DNA of 64,000 nt from Rebecca billardiae RCC1528 (GCA_965240325.2 OZ251241.1:558001-622000); one strand, 5' to 3'; shown: positions 47,583-60,145, numbered from the stretch's first letter. Notes: a model not told the origin generated them from the letters alone. Numbers and translations are program-made.

Positions 47583-47893
47583 CAGGCGGATGCGACGAGG
47601 CGTGATCGACGCATGCGCGCGACTCCACGTGCACGCCAGGCCACGCGAAGCTGACAGCCAGGGAGCACGGTGCGGACTGCGGGGCCGCGGATTCGTTCGG
47701 GCCGCCGTGCTGCTGACTGTGACCGCTGTCCCGGGTCACCGCGCACCGGCAGCGCCAGGATAGTTAGATGATTTGCACTGGTCCGAGTAGGGTTCGACCA
47801 GCGCCTGCGCGACGGCCGACAGGCGGGCGCGAGGCGTGATCGACGCATGAGCGCAACTCTACGTGCACGCCAGGCCACGCGGAGCTGACAGCC
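47583..47893. repeat. Two ~70-bp direct repeats (47583-47659, 47820-47893)
   Basis: CGAGGCGTGATCGACGCATG..ACGTGCACGCCAGGCCACGCG.AGCTGACAGCC occurs twice. Confidence 0.8.
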
Positions 47894-49241
47894 CGAGGGA
47901 CGGCACGCAGTGCCCGGAGGTTCGAGGGCACCGCAGTCACAGATCGTTCGCGCACGCCGCGCGTGCACGGGCGGACACACCTCGATCAGGCTCGGCACGC
48001 GTTGCAGAGGCACAGCCAGCTCTGGGGACGGCACGCACCACCGTCGCCCGCGCAGTTCGTCCTCCTCGTAGAGTACCGTTCAGTTCCGAGGCGTAGCCCT
48101 CGCTCAGAGTCGACCGTCGACGATGGACTCGGATCGTCGGCGCTCCCCGGAAAGGCATGGCAAGGGCGGCGCGTGGTGAAGTCGAAGACTCAGAGATCGA
48201 TCAGTCCGGCATCAGGCGCCGCTGCCCCCGAGCTTGCGAGAGCCCGAATACAGGGCGGCTGCCGCGGCGCGGCCGGGGCGCCCCGGGCGACGCGCGCGGC
48301 CGCGCGCAGGCCGCGCGCAGGCATCGACACGGGGCGGCGGGGGCGCGCGGAGTGAGCGGGGGCACGAACGCGATGTCGACGGCAGTCGGGACCCGCCACA
48401 GCCGCGCGCTCCAGGCGCAACTCGCCGCGCGCACCTGCCCATCGCCGTACTCACCCGTCGGCCCGCTCGTGCGGCTCGCGACCCTCTCGCGGAGAGTGCG
48501 CAGCAACCAAGGTTTGGCTTTGCTGGGCAGCCGTCCGGCTCCAGACTCGTGTCAATTCACTCAATACGCCGAAGTTGGCGCATCGTGATCGGCTACTGAC
48601 CCTTGCCATGTTGGCTCCTGATACAGACACGGCGCGGTTGAATACAGAATAGTTGATTCAACTGATTCAAGGGACGTACATGGCCACATCGGTTCGCGGC
48701 AATCTCTATCTAGATACGTCATCGCTCCTCAGTGGACCTTGCTGCAATCTCATTGGCCGGAAAAATCGCTTGTAACGGTTCGTTACGTTAGGGATCCTAA
48801 AGGGCGTGAAGTTTTTTGGACGGGCGTCACTCCACGCTTTACTATGAACTTGTTGTGGGCGCGACCTTTTTCGGCCGTGATGCGTGTTAGAGAGGGTCTC
48901 AAAATTCGAAACTCGGTCTCCTCCAGCCATGAAAATCGTCCCCCGTCCCTTTTTTCTTGATCAAAGATCTTTTTGAAACGTTGTTCGGGCCCGCTGGTGC
49001 GGGCTCCACGCTGCGCGCTCCGCCCTGCACCGCGGGCCATAATTCTATGACGACGCATTGTCTATCTATCTATCTATCTATCTATATATATATATATTAT
49101 TCATATACTCTAATCTCTATTGAGTACAGAGACTACAGTAGCTCAGTAGTCGTTGACTATAATCAGCAGAGAATATCTGCTGTTAACAATAATATTAATA
49201 TATGTTTGCTGGCGGTAACCGCATCATGATCAGCAGGCGGT

Positions 49242-51265
49242 GGCTCTGGCTTCGCCGTTGACCCCTGCCAGAGAGTGAGACGGGCACTGTGAGCTCCTTC
49301 ATGAAGTCACTCGTGAAAACTGCACAGGAGGACCTCAATGGATGCCTAGAATAAGCCTAGATGATGACTTCAGAGCGATATTGGGCCATCAACAAGCACT
49401 TCCTCTATAGTTCAGACTCTGTTTTTACTATGTATCATGTACACATTTCAGACTCTGGCCAGACCACGGTCCGGGAGCGATCCGGATGCATACGTAGCTA
49501 TTGGAAAAACTCTGCCCTGGCGGGCGGGGGGGTCGGCGGGCCGTGCCAGTGCTGTCGCAATATTTCCCCAGCGGGTTCGCGCCAGGTTTTATTTAGCGGT
49601 TTGACGGGCAGGATGACGAATAACAATGCGACACACAGATGATGGTGAGCTACCTGACTCACTGACGAATAATAACGCGACAGATGACTCTGGTGATCTC
49701 ACCGACAGTGTGATTGCGCGTGTTATTCGTGCACCCACTCGGCGCTACTCGTCAAGTCCCGGCGGTGCCGAGCCGTCGACTGCGCGCACGCACTGCCAAC
49801 TGATTGGCGTGCGACGGCGGCTTGCTTGTGACGCCTGACGGTGACGGTTCAATGTCCTCGGAGCTAAACAGTGGTGGCGGAGTGTGATGTCATGTTTCAT
49901 TTGTTTAGGTCGTCTGGAAGTGCGGTGCGCGCGCGCGCAGTGCGAGAGCGTGTGCCACTCGCGATCGAGGGTGGGCACGCGCTGCTCGAGCAGGCACAGG
50001 AAGCGCAGCGCATGTGCCACTGGCTTCACGACGTCGGCCTCGTCCCGCAGCGCTCGTGACATGGTGGAGGATGGGGCGACAATGTTGCACGCTCGGCGTT
50101 TCAGCTCGTCGCGGATGCGCCTCTGGGATCGGTCATAGCGCTGTGCGACGAGGGCCGCCGACTCGCCAAGACGCGGTTCCTTCCACGGCTGCAAACCCGG
50201 GAGGTGCGTGCGGTGCGCGTCGTACGCCGCTTTGCGCTGCCCCTCCGTCGCATTGGTCACCGTCGGCGCCATGCAGGCCGGACGTGGGCCCTCGAGCGCC
50301 GAGCGATCTTTGGCCGCGAGCTCGCGAGCGCGAAAGATGATCGCCCGCTCCGGAACACCACCGATCGTAGCAAACGGATTTGCATGCGCCCGACCTTGCC
50401 AAGGACCGGGGCACGCGACAGTCCGGTGTGTGGATTCCGGTTATGGTGTTCAGAAGGCCGCGCCAAATCTTGCGTCGCGTGCGATGGCGCTTCCCGCCCG
50501 CGAGACGCCTCGTGATGAGGGCCGTTCCGCACCGAGCCCGACGCGCGACGGTGAATCGAGCGAGGCGGCCATCGTGCGCAGCGCTTGATGCTATGGCCGG
50601 TGCGAGCGTTCGACGTGCACGTCGGGCGAGGATCGCCCCAGGTCGCACGATCGTGTCGACGCGCCGAGCGTACCGCTCCAAACGCGTCGATTTAGCGCCC
50701 GTTCGACCTGCACGCGAGACGACGAGGGCAGCAATCGCGAATCGGGCGAAAACACCGTTCGGGAATCCCCGCGCGATGTCCGCGCCGGCGTTGGATTTGG
50801 CGCGAGCCGCCCACGCGCTCCGCGCCATGACGCAACTCTTTTTCGGCCGAGCGTCCCCAGTGGGAGCTGCGAGGGCGCCCGGTAGTGAGCGAAGCGTACC
50901 GGCAGTGAGCGAGGCGATTTTCTTTTCTTTGCGAGGCGATTTTCTTTTTTCCTTTTCTTTTTCTTATCTTTTTCCCGGGCACTACAAGGGGCGGACCTAC
51001 GGCCCGCCATATGTCACCGGACTGGGTAAATAGCTATGAAAAATAGAGTCTGAACTAGTCACAAACTGATTTTCACACCGCCTGGCCCTGGGCACTTATT
51101 GGCCATCCATAGCAACCAGTGAACCACCCCACTTGGTCTTGGGGCCCTCATTAGTGGTACACTGTTCGGGCGCTCATTCGGCCGCAGGAATGCGATGATC
51201 ATTTCAGTCGCTTCGCCCGCGGTTTCTATGACCGGACTGGCAGGGGTCAACCGGAGCCAGAGCCC
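49242..51265. mobile_element. ~2.0-kb TIR DNA transposon derivative carrying a short minus-strand ORF (50272-49745)
   Basis: TIR GGCTCTGGCT..GTTGACCCCTGCCAG at both ends; inner inverted TAGTTCAGACTCT at ~49408 and ~51057; GGCGGT flanks both sides. Confidence 0.75.
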
Positions 51266-51747
51266 GGCGGTATACTAACAATATATATTTACTGTAGCTA
51301 TGTGATGAGTGTATGTCGCCTGTCGGCGCTCAGTGGCAGCGGCGCGCGCCGACTGTTATACTACCAGTACCTTTTAGTCACTCGATCCGTCCGGTCCGCC
51401 CGGTCTCGGTAGTAGTCGGGCCTCTCGCGGGACCTGCGGGGGCGGCCCCTCCACCGCGCCGCCCTCCGCCGGCGGCCCCTCGGCCTCGGGCCCGGCGGGC
51501 CGCCGGCGCCGGGCTGGGTCAGGCTGGCAGCCGTGAATGGCGTGATGCGGCGCCGCGGCGCGCCGGCATCAGGCCTCCCATGAGGTCCTCAGGACCGTGT
51601 CCGTCACGGCGGAAAGCGTGGCTGCGTGGCGGCCGTGCCCGTGGCGCGACCCTCGGCCTCGCCTCGCGCGATCTGCGATGGCACCGCGTACGCTGGCAGC
51701 GTGAGCGCCACAAGCCTCAGGCAGCGATGCGCGATATCAGCAGCAGA

Positions 51748-53319
51748 TCATACCATCAGACGCCTCCAGCCGGCACGCGACGCCAGCAGCGGGTCGGTCT
51801 CGTCAACTGGTGGCTCCTCGTCCGAGAGCCCACACGTACGCAGAAGACGGCCCGTCGATTGGATCAGGCACATGACAGCCGCGTGCGCGAGCCCACGGAC
51901 GATGTGCACCGCCGCCGCCACCGCGCAGATGGCTGCGAGCAGCTGCGCGCGAGAGAAAGTGACCACCTCGTCGGTGGTGAGCACGTCCGTCGTGGCCCAG
52001 CGCAGCTCCACGTCGACGAGCCCGAGCAGCGCGCCGTCCGGTCGACTGTCGTACGAGAAGGGCGCGATCATCTGCGTGGCCGAAGTCGAGAGGACGAACG
52101 AGTCCACCGCACGTGCCGGGTCGGGCGCGCTCTCGGCGGCGGCCGTCTCAAGGCGACGACTGCGCTCCACGCGGGTGGGCTGCCCTGGGGCCACAGCCGC
52201 GTCTGGCGTGGTGCGCGTGTCGGTGGTGCTCTCTGGGCCGAGCAAGATCTCAAGCGCCGTCCCGAGCTGCGCGCCCAGCTTCGATAGCCGCAGCATGTGC
52301 TCGGGCGGGGCGCGTGACAGCCATCGCTCCTTGTGCAGGCGCACGGCCGTGCTGAACGAGGGCTGCAGCGCGCGCAGGCTGGGCGGCGGCACGGCTTCGC
52401 CACCGCGCCGAAAGGTCGACCACGCGTCGTCAGAGAGCAACCATAGGTCGACGCCCATGCTCGCAGGATCGAGCACGCCGGGATGCTCGCGGCTGGCCGG
52501 GGCGGCCCCAGGCATGCGCGCCTGCCCAGCCGGCACCGCGCCGCCTGTCACTCGCACCGTCAACGTGAGCGCCTCATAGGCCGTCGTGGGCCCGAGGGCC
52601 GACGGGGCACCGAGGCAGCTGAGATTGTGGGCATGGAAGGGCTCCATCAATAGAGCGCCGATCTCCGCGTCGGACGCGCCCTTGCAGCTGCGCTGCGCCC
52701 CGTCAGCGGCGGTGCGCTCGCACCGAACCAGCTCGAGCGCGTCGGCTGGCGCGTGCGGGCTGCAGAGCACCACATTTGGGAAGGCGAGCAATGGCGGGTG
52801 CGTGACGCGCACGTGCGTGGCCGGGTGCACGATCGCAAAGTTGTACGCGTCGATCAGAGACCCGACGAGGACGAGGGTGACGGCGAGCTGGGCGCAGAGC
52901 AGCAGCAGGCCCACCACCAGTGAGGTCAGCGCGCACGCAGGCGATGCCGACGTGCCAGCCGCTCGCGCTCCGCCGCGCGCTGCGGCGGGCACCGGTGGAG
53001 GTGGCGGCTGCACGGGTACGCGTACGGCGATGTCGCGCCGCGTGTCTGGCACGGCAGTCAGGAGCGGCGGAGCTGGTGATGGTCGCGGCCGAGCATCCGC
53101 CCGCGCCTCGCCCGTGCTCCAATGGTGGGCCCAGTCAGCCGAAGGCCAGCTGCTGTTGGAGAGCGTGCCGTCGTAGGTCGGCGAGCATTCGCCGCTGCAG
53201 GCGCCGCAGACTTTGGGGTCGTTTGCGGAAGGCCACTCGCGCGGCAGCGCGCGACGCCTTTGCCCTTTGGGCGTCCGGTCCAGGTCCAAGTAATTCCCGG
53301 CGCTCGCGCCGGACGCCAT
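51748..53319 (-). CDS. Two-TM membrane protein resembling the DEG/ENaC channel superfamily
   Basis: TM1, then YNFAIVHPATHVRVTHPPLLAFPNVVLCS (cf. FPAVTxCN). Large loop, then DVELRWATTDVLTTDEVVTFSRAQLLAAICAV (cf. pre-TM2/TM2). The 5' part may contain an intron. Confidence 0.65.
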   Translation of the reverse strand: MASGASAGNYLDLDRTPKGQRRRALPREWPSANDPKVCGACSGECSPTYDGTLSNSSWPSADWAHHWSTGEARADARPRPSPAPPLLTAVPDTRRDIAVRVPVQPPPPPVPAAARGGARAAGTSASPACALTSLVVGLLLLCAQLAVTLVLVGSLIDAYNFAIVHPATHVRVTHPPLLAFPNVVLCSPHAPADALELVRCERTAADGAQRSCKGASDAEIGALLMEPFHAHNLSCLGAPSALGPTTAYEALTLTVRVTGGAVPAGQARMPGAAPASREHPGVLDPASMGVDLWLLSDDAWSTFRRGGEAVPPPSLRALQPSFSTAVRLHKERWLSRAPPEHMLRLSKLGAQLGTALEILLGPESTTDTRTTPDAAVAPGQPTRVERSRRLETAAAESAPDPARAVDSFVLSTSATQMIAPFSYDSRPDGALLGLVDVELRWATTDVLTTDEVVTFSRAQLLAAICAVAAAVHIVRGLAHAAVMCLIQSTGRLLRTCGLSDEEPPVDETDPLLASRAGWRRLMV

Positions 53320-53414
53320 TGTGCTGCATTCCCGCTGCCGCCGGCCGCCGCCTCGCCGTTGAATCCGCTTCTTAAAAGAACTCAGCTGGCTTACTTTTAG
53401 TGAGCCACCGGCCG

Positions 53415-56184
53415 AGGCCACTCCACCGAAATCGGCCGCCGTCTGGCATCCCAGGTCGCACTGCGTCTGGGATCTTGATCAGATCGATGCCAGACGGCGT
53501 CTGGGGTCGTCTGGGATCGGTGCGCGCGGCACCGTGAGCGCGTTTCGCGAGCGTCTCTCGTGTCTGCGCGGGTGGCGCGCACTTTCGTCAGGTGCGCCCA
53601 ACCCATTCGACCTCGCGCGCCGCTGGCTTCGCGTCTCTCCGCCGCTCGAACCGCTCGCCATGGGCGCGCGACTGTGCTGTTGGCCTGTTTGCCGCCGAGG
53701 CCAGCTGCGAGCGCGCACTTGCGGGCACAAGCTCGGCTGACGGCGCGTTGCGGGTGCGCTGCGCGCGGATCATGCGCACGTGTTCCGCCTAGCCCCGACC
53801 GTCGGTCGCGCACGCGGAACACGGCCCACTTGAGCGCGCGCTCAAGCTGCCGCGAGTGCCATGCAGAGGCCGTGACGATGCCACCAGCGCGGGCGAGCCC
53901 ACGCGCCGGTAGTGCGCGCGCCGAGCTCGTGCGACGAGCTGTGAGGTCGTGAATGACCGTCCACTCCCGCCATGGACAGTCCGTGGCCTCGCCCGCGCCA
54001 GCAGCTCGAGGCAACGACGCGCCGCGCCGCCGCCACCCTTCCGGGGCGCAAGCTGGGCAGGAGTGCAGCCGTTGCAGCGGGCACGGGACGGCTGCGCGCC
54101 ACTCCGCGAGCACGAGGTCGGCGGCACGGGAGGCGTCGGTGGCGCGGGTCGATTGCGCACCATCGCCCCGGCTTCGGCCATCCTGCTGGCGTCACAGACA
54201 GCACACGAGCGCTGACCGTCGTGACACCGTAGTAGCTCAACCCCCGGCTCCGTTCTCAGTCAATGTGGCGCTCCTGCGATTGCAGCAGGCGCAGCCACTA
54301 CCGTAGGCATGGGCACTGTCATCAGAGCAGCTCCTAACCTGAGAGCGGCAGGTATGTCACATCAGCAGGCACTCGATCGTGAACCGCATCCAGATTGCGG
54401 GCACGGGCATCGTTGACGACGGCGAGAGGCGCTGGTTGCGTTGGTACCCACGTGCACTCTTGACAGCTGCGCTTGCTTGCGGCGCGCGCTAAGCAGTAAG
54501 TTGAATGGTGCCGCCTTGGCAGCCACTGGCTCAGCCTTGGTCTTGTGCAGGGCAGTCTTTGCCTTCGCTGCCGTGTGGCGAGAAGGTTGATTGTGTACGC
54601 CGCGTCGGGCTGTGCCTTTTCTTCACGCCCGGAGCGCAGCAGGCACTTGGCCCAGGGCTGCGCGGCCGGTGCTGTGCATGCGCCCGCACCAGTGATCGCG
54701 ATACTCTCGGTACGGCAGGTGGCGCTGAGCCTGGAGGGCGCAGCGGCGGCGCGTTCATTTGATACCGGGACTTCCAGCGGCCGCGACACATCGAGCGCAG
54801 GCGGCTACGCAAAGACCGTAAGCCATCGATGCCGCGTCCAAGGCGCGCGAGGCGGTCGGCTGGCAGCGGCTGCGAGAGCGCACCATGCCGTGATACACGA
54901 AGCGTTGTCGCCGCCGTGGTGCCAATGACGCCGTTCACTAGTGTGCCATCGCCGCACCGTCGTAGTCAGGGGCAGCAAAACAAGGCTGATGAGAGCTCTG
55001 GCTCATGAGATCAAAGGCTCAACCATAGGGCGCGAGCGCAATGTAGCACAGCCTTTGCTGCTCCAGGCCTTCCTGCGCGCAGTAGCCATCGCAGCAGGTG
55101 TCGATCAAGTCTGCCAAGCGCTCGCGTGCCGCTGCTCGCGTGCTTGCGGATGCTCACGTCTTGCATCGGTGAGCGGGTGCTCCGTCACATCACACCGTCG
55201 CTGCTTGCGCGTGGCGCACGCAGCCAGCCCGTACCAAACACGCGTGCACGATCAAATTGCACGCATGAACACAATCAGCTTGAGCATCTCAGTGGCAAGT
55301 CACTCGCGACAGCCCCAAACAAGGGCGTCAGCGCTGCCTGGCGCGTGATTGAGCTACCAGCACCAACCTGACAGCTTCTACGGTATCACGACGGTCAGCG
55401 CTCGTGTGCTGTCTGTGACGCCAGCAGGATGGCCGAAGCCGGGGCGATGGTGCGCAATCGACCCGCGCCACCGACGCCTCCCGTGCCGCCGACCTCGTGC
55501 TCGCGGAGTGGCGCGCAGCCGTCCCGTGCCCGCTGCAACGGCTGCACTCCTGCCCAGCTTGCGCCCCGGAAGGGTGGCGGCGGCGCGGCGCGTCGTTGCC
55601 TCGAGCTGCTGGCGCGGGCGAGGCCACGGACTGTCCATGGCGGGAGTGGACGGTCATTCACGACCTCACAGCTCGTCGCACGAGCTCGGCGCGCGCACTA
55701 CCGGCGCGTGGGCTCGCCCGCGCTGGTGGCATCGTCACGGCCTCTGCATGGCACTCGCGGCAGCTTGAGCGCGCGCTCAAGTGGGCCGTGTTCCGCGTGC
55801 GCGACCGACGGTCGGGGCTAGGCGGAACACGTGCGCATGATCCGCGCGCAGCGCACCCGCAACGCGCCGTCAGCCGAGCTTGTGCCCGCAAGTGCGCGCT
55901 CGCAGCTGGCCTCGGCGGCAAACAGGCCAACAGCACAGTCGCGCGCCCATGGCGAGCGGTTCGAGCGGCGGAGAGACGCGAAGCCAGCGGCGCGCGAGGT
56001 CGAATGGGTTGGGCGCACCTGACGAAAGTGCGCGCCACCCGCGCAGACACGAGAGACGCTCGCGAAACGCGCTCACGGTGCCGCGCGCACCGATCCCAGA
56101 CGACCCCAGACGCCGTCTGGCATCGATCCCAGACGCAGTGCGACCTGGGATGCCAGACGGCGGCCGATTTCGGTGGAGTGGCCT
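53415..56184. mobile_element. 2.8-kb foldback element with ~820-bp near-identical TIRs (53415-54237 / 55373-56184)
   Basis: The arms are reverse complements apart from an 11-bp indel and a few substitutions; the ORF track shows identical mirrored ORFs. CCGGCCG direct repeat at 53408-53414 and 56185-56191. Confidence 0.92.
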
Positions 56185-56330
56185 CCGGCCGGAAGGATGG
56201 TCGAGCTACTCACAATGACAGTTAGTCCAGTAGCGCTCGCGCCTTGCACGAGCTCGACGGGCGGGCGGTCGAAGGCCTTGGAGCTGCCCACCTTTGCTCG
56301 CGCGCTCGACATTCGCGTAGGCCGCGAGGC

Positions 56331-59300
56331 ATGCCTCACACGTCGGCGGTCGCGACTACGATGCTGGGCACTAGGCGCACAAAGCAAGCCTCGCGCCGAA
56401 ACTTGTCGTTCGGCGAGAAAGGCTCCGTGAATCCCGCGAGCCTGCGCTACCCGGAGGTGGCGGAGGATGAGACGCTCGTGCCCGTGCGCAAGGTGCTGCA
56501 CGACTTCGAGCAGCGCGAGGGCGCGCGCGGCTTCATCACGTACACGATCTTCTTCGCCATCTACTTTGCACTCAACGCCTACCGCTTCGACGCGAGCGAG
56601 GGCCGCCGCACCATCACCTGGTTCAACGAGGCGCTCAAATCGCAGTACGACCTGGTCGCTGACGAGACGAACGGCTGGTGCGCGTGGGACGCCGGCGGGC
56701 TCGAGTGCTACGAGCCGTACCTCGAGCGCGCGGACATCGACGGCCTCGAGCACTTCCTCGAGTCCGACCTCACCCAGGTCGTCTCCGGCATCCTCGAGTA
56801 CTGCGACGAGTGCCTGATCGGGATGAGCGAGGTCTCCAAGGACCTGCGCGACACGCCGCTCTCGCAGTTCCTCTGCGTCGACTTCGAGACGCTCCCCGAG
56901 ACGGCGTTCGCCATCGGCGCGGGGAAGGCCACCTTCAGCAAGCGCGACTGCAAGAAGGTGGACGACGACTTCAAGTCCTCGCCCTCGCCGCTCGAGGCGC
57001 CGTGCTGCCACGACGCGTCCGTGCGGTACGCGTCACAGGCCCTGATGGCCACCTTCGAGACGCAGGGCGAGTGGGCGGCGGTGAAGGGGCTGACGTACGC
57101 CGATCTGCAGCCGAGCAAGAGAACGCGCAAAGCGTTGAAGGACTACACCGCCCGCGCGCTCGAGAACGACGCGAACAAGAACACGCTCATCCAGATTGTG
57201 ATCTTGCGCGGCGGCCACGCTACCGGCATCGTGCGCGCGGCCGCGCAGAGCGCGCGTGCGCGCGCGCGCCCGCGCAGCGCGCCCCCGTGGGCGCGCGGCG
57301 CTGATTCCGGGCGTGCGCGCGTGCATGCGCCGTGCGCGCGCGCAGGTCTTTGGCGGCACCTTCGCCGACCGGAAGTTCCTCAAGGAGCGCGTCGAGCCGC
57401 ACGTGCGCTTCTGGTCTTACTTTTACGACGACGGCTCTGTCGACGAGATCATGCTGGCGTGCATGATGGGCACGTGGATCCTGTCGCTCGTGCACGAGCT
57501 GCTCGAGATCTGGAGCAGCGCGTACCGGCCGGGCAGCCTGCTGTCGGCGGTGCTGCGCCCGTTCATGCTCTTCATCGAGTGGCCCTCCATCATCGCGCCC
57601 ATCCTGCTCGAGGCCACGCACACCGCGGTCGAGCTGGGCGACTACGTGTTCCTGGTATCGATGCTTGAGCTGCTCATGTTCATGCGCGTCTTCCAGGAGG
57701 GGCAGGTCGTGCCGCCGTTCGCGCTGATCGGTGCGCGCGGCGCGCGCGCCGGCGCCGCCCCGGCTTGCGCGCGCTCACGCGCTCCCTCTCGCTCGCGCGC
57801 CCGCCGCTCGCGCGCGCCCGCTCGCGGCCTTGGCGATCGCGCCGCGCGCTCTGCTGATCTGCACGGGCGGCAGTGCGCACGCTCATCAACGCGGGCAAGC
57901 AGCTCGTCATGTTCACGATCGCGATGGGCGCGTCCGTGCTCGTGCTCGCGTCGATCAACATGCAGCTCTTCGGCAACTTCCACGACGGGTACGCCGACCT
58001 CGGCGACGCGCTCACCTCGCTCTTCACCTCGGGCATGATCACCGGGCAGGAGTTGGACGACGATTTGATTTCGTACGCGCACCCGGAGGCGACCGCGATG
58101 CACTTTGTCGTCAACCTGTTTCTCTTCCTGATCCTCGCGCAGTTCTTCATCGCGATCCTGGTGGGCGCGTTCGACTCGACGCGCGAGGCGGAGGAGGAGC
58201 GGCGGCAGGACCGCGCGCTGCCCGAGGGCTTCAAACGGCGGCACCGCCCGCCGCCGCTGAGCGCGTGCGCGCACGTGCTCCGTGAACTGCGCTACCTCTG
58301 CACGTACCACACGCGGCCCGAGCTGTTCGTGCCGCGCGTGGTGCGCGGGCTCAAGGCGGTGGTGGACGAGGCGGACGCGCGCGCACAGGTGCTGGCGGAC
58401 GCGCTCGACCGCAAGTTCGAGCCGCAGCCGCTGATGGTCACGCGCTCGCAGCTCGAGCCGCAGCTCGGCGAGGCCGTGAGCGCGCTGCTGCTTGAGTGGT
58501 ACGGCGCCGTGTGCACGCGCGAGCTGAGGGACGCGCGCCACTTGCTAATGCTCGCGCTCGAGGGCGAGCCGGGGGCGGAGCCGGTGCCGGCGCTGGAGGA
58601 GGACGAGGAGTGGCGCGCGCACGCCCGGCTCACAAAGGGCCGCGGCGAGTCCATCGGCACGCAGACCGACTTCACCCTGGCCGACGCGCGCTACGCCGCC
58701 GCCGCCGGCCCGGGTGGCATCAGCGCCGACTGCGAGCTGCTGGCGCTGAGCGCGTCGGTGCGAGCGGACGCGCCGCGCGGCAGAGCGGAGCGCTCTCCGG
58801 CGGGCGCCGACGGGCTGGGCAGGGACGCGCCCAAGGGGGCAGCCGCACGGCCGCACGCCCAGGGCGACCAATACCCGGCCGAGCCCGCGCACGCCGCCTC
58901 GGCCGGGCCGGCTCGCAACGGCGGCGCGGCAGCGGACAGGGCAGCCACCAAATCGCCCGTAGACGGCGGCCCGCCTGGGGCGGCCGCGCGCGCCGACGGC
59001 GGCGAGCATGGCGCCGATCCGCCCTCGCGGCCGTCGCGGGGGAGCGAGCCTGTGCGCGATTGGGCGGACGTCCCCGCTCGCAACGACCGCTCGCACCTGC
59101 CGCCCATCGAGCAGCAGGAGCCAGCCGCTGCGCGCGCGCCCACGCCGCCCGAGTACGCGCGCGCCAACGGCCACGGCGGCGCTGACACGCCGCAGCCGTC
59201 GGGCGCCGAGAGGCACCAGCCAATCGGCGCCTCGCCACCGGGGAGCGTCCGCCCTGCGGAACACGGCGCGGCCGAGCGCGCAGGCAGTCCTCCCAGTGAG

Positions 59301-59435
59301 AGCCGGCGGCGTGAGCCGCGCGAGCCCGTCGTTCGCGTCCAGGTTGCGCGGCGAAGCGGCAGCGGCGCCGGCAGCGCCAGTCACGCCGGAACGTACCCTT
59401 ACGGCGGGCAGCACTGGTCGACATCATCACGGTGA
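56331..59435 (+). CDS. Polycystin-2/TRPP-like cation channel; exons 56331-57230, 57346-57730, 57874-59435
   Basis: S1 GFITYTIFFAIYF; long Cys-rich S1-S2 loop; S5-pore-S6 VRTLINAGKQLVMF..LFG..YADLGDALTSLF..LFLILAQFFIAILVGAF; low-complexity tail. Confidence 0.85.
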
Positions 59436-60050
59436 CGGCCCTGACGCGACCGTAGTCGACTTCAGACGACGGTGCTGACAGCGTAGTGGCGCCGGGCAGC
59501 TAGCAGTGGCCCGGTACGATTTTAGCAGCCTGGCCGCAGGCCCGCGCCGCGGGCCCGGCTAGTACCGACTCTCTATTCTCTCAGTCTACTGCTTGTAAGA
59601 CGCAGCTCGAGAGCCGCCGAGCCGCACGACAGCACGGCACGAAGGACCATATCGTGCACAGGGCGCCTCGAAGCTGCGGGCCGCCGGAAACAGCTGCAGC
59701 CATCAGGACAGTGGGCGCTTCCGAAGGGCGATCGCTGCGAGCGAGGGAGAGAGGCACGCAGCTGACGACGGTTCGGGCTTGGCGCCCGATGAAAAACCCC
59801 AGTTCACAAATTTGGGCCGTCCTGACCGCCATGCCAACCTTGCCTATTGGGCTATGGCCCAGGAGCAGCGCAGCGAGTAAGCAGTCGTTCTAGGCCGTCA
59901 TGCGTGCGCACAGAGCAGGCTCGAAAGTCCCTCGTGGCACGGGAAGAGGGTTAGAGGGTGGCCAAGATGGCAGCCGGACTTGAGCTCGGCCGCCTGGCTC
60001 AGGCCGAATGGCAGGCAGGTGTTGATACGGCGCATTGCGCTCCCACCCGG

Positions 60051-60107
60051 TCCTCTTAGACAATCATCAGTTATTGTGCCAATAACCCCATATATATATA
60101 TATATAG

Positions 60108-60145
<38 letters not shown>

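Noticed and set aside
53397-56225. Duplicated identical ORFs on opposite strands as paralogous genes
   Set aside because: They are simply mirrored reading frames of the foldback arms.
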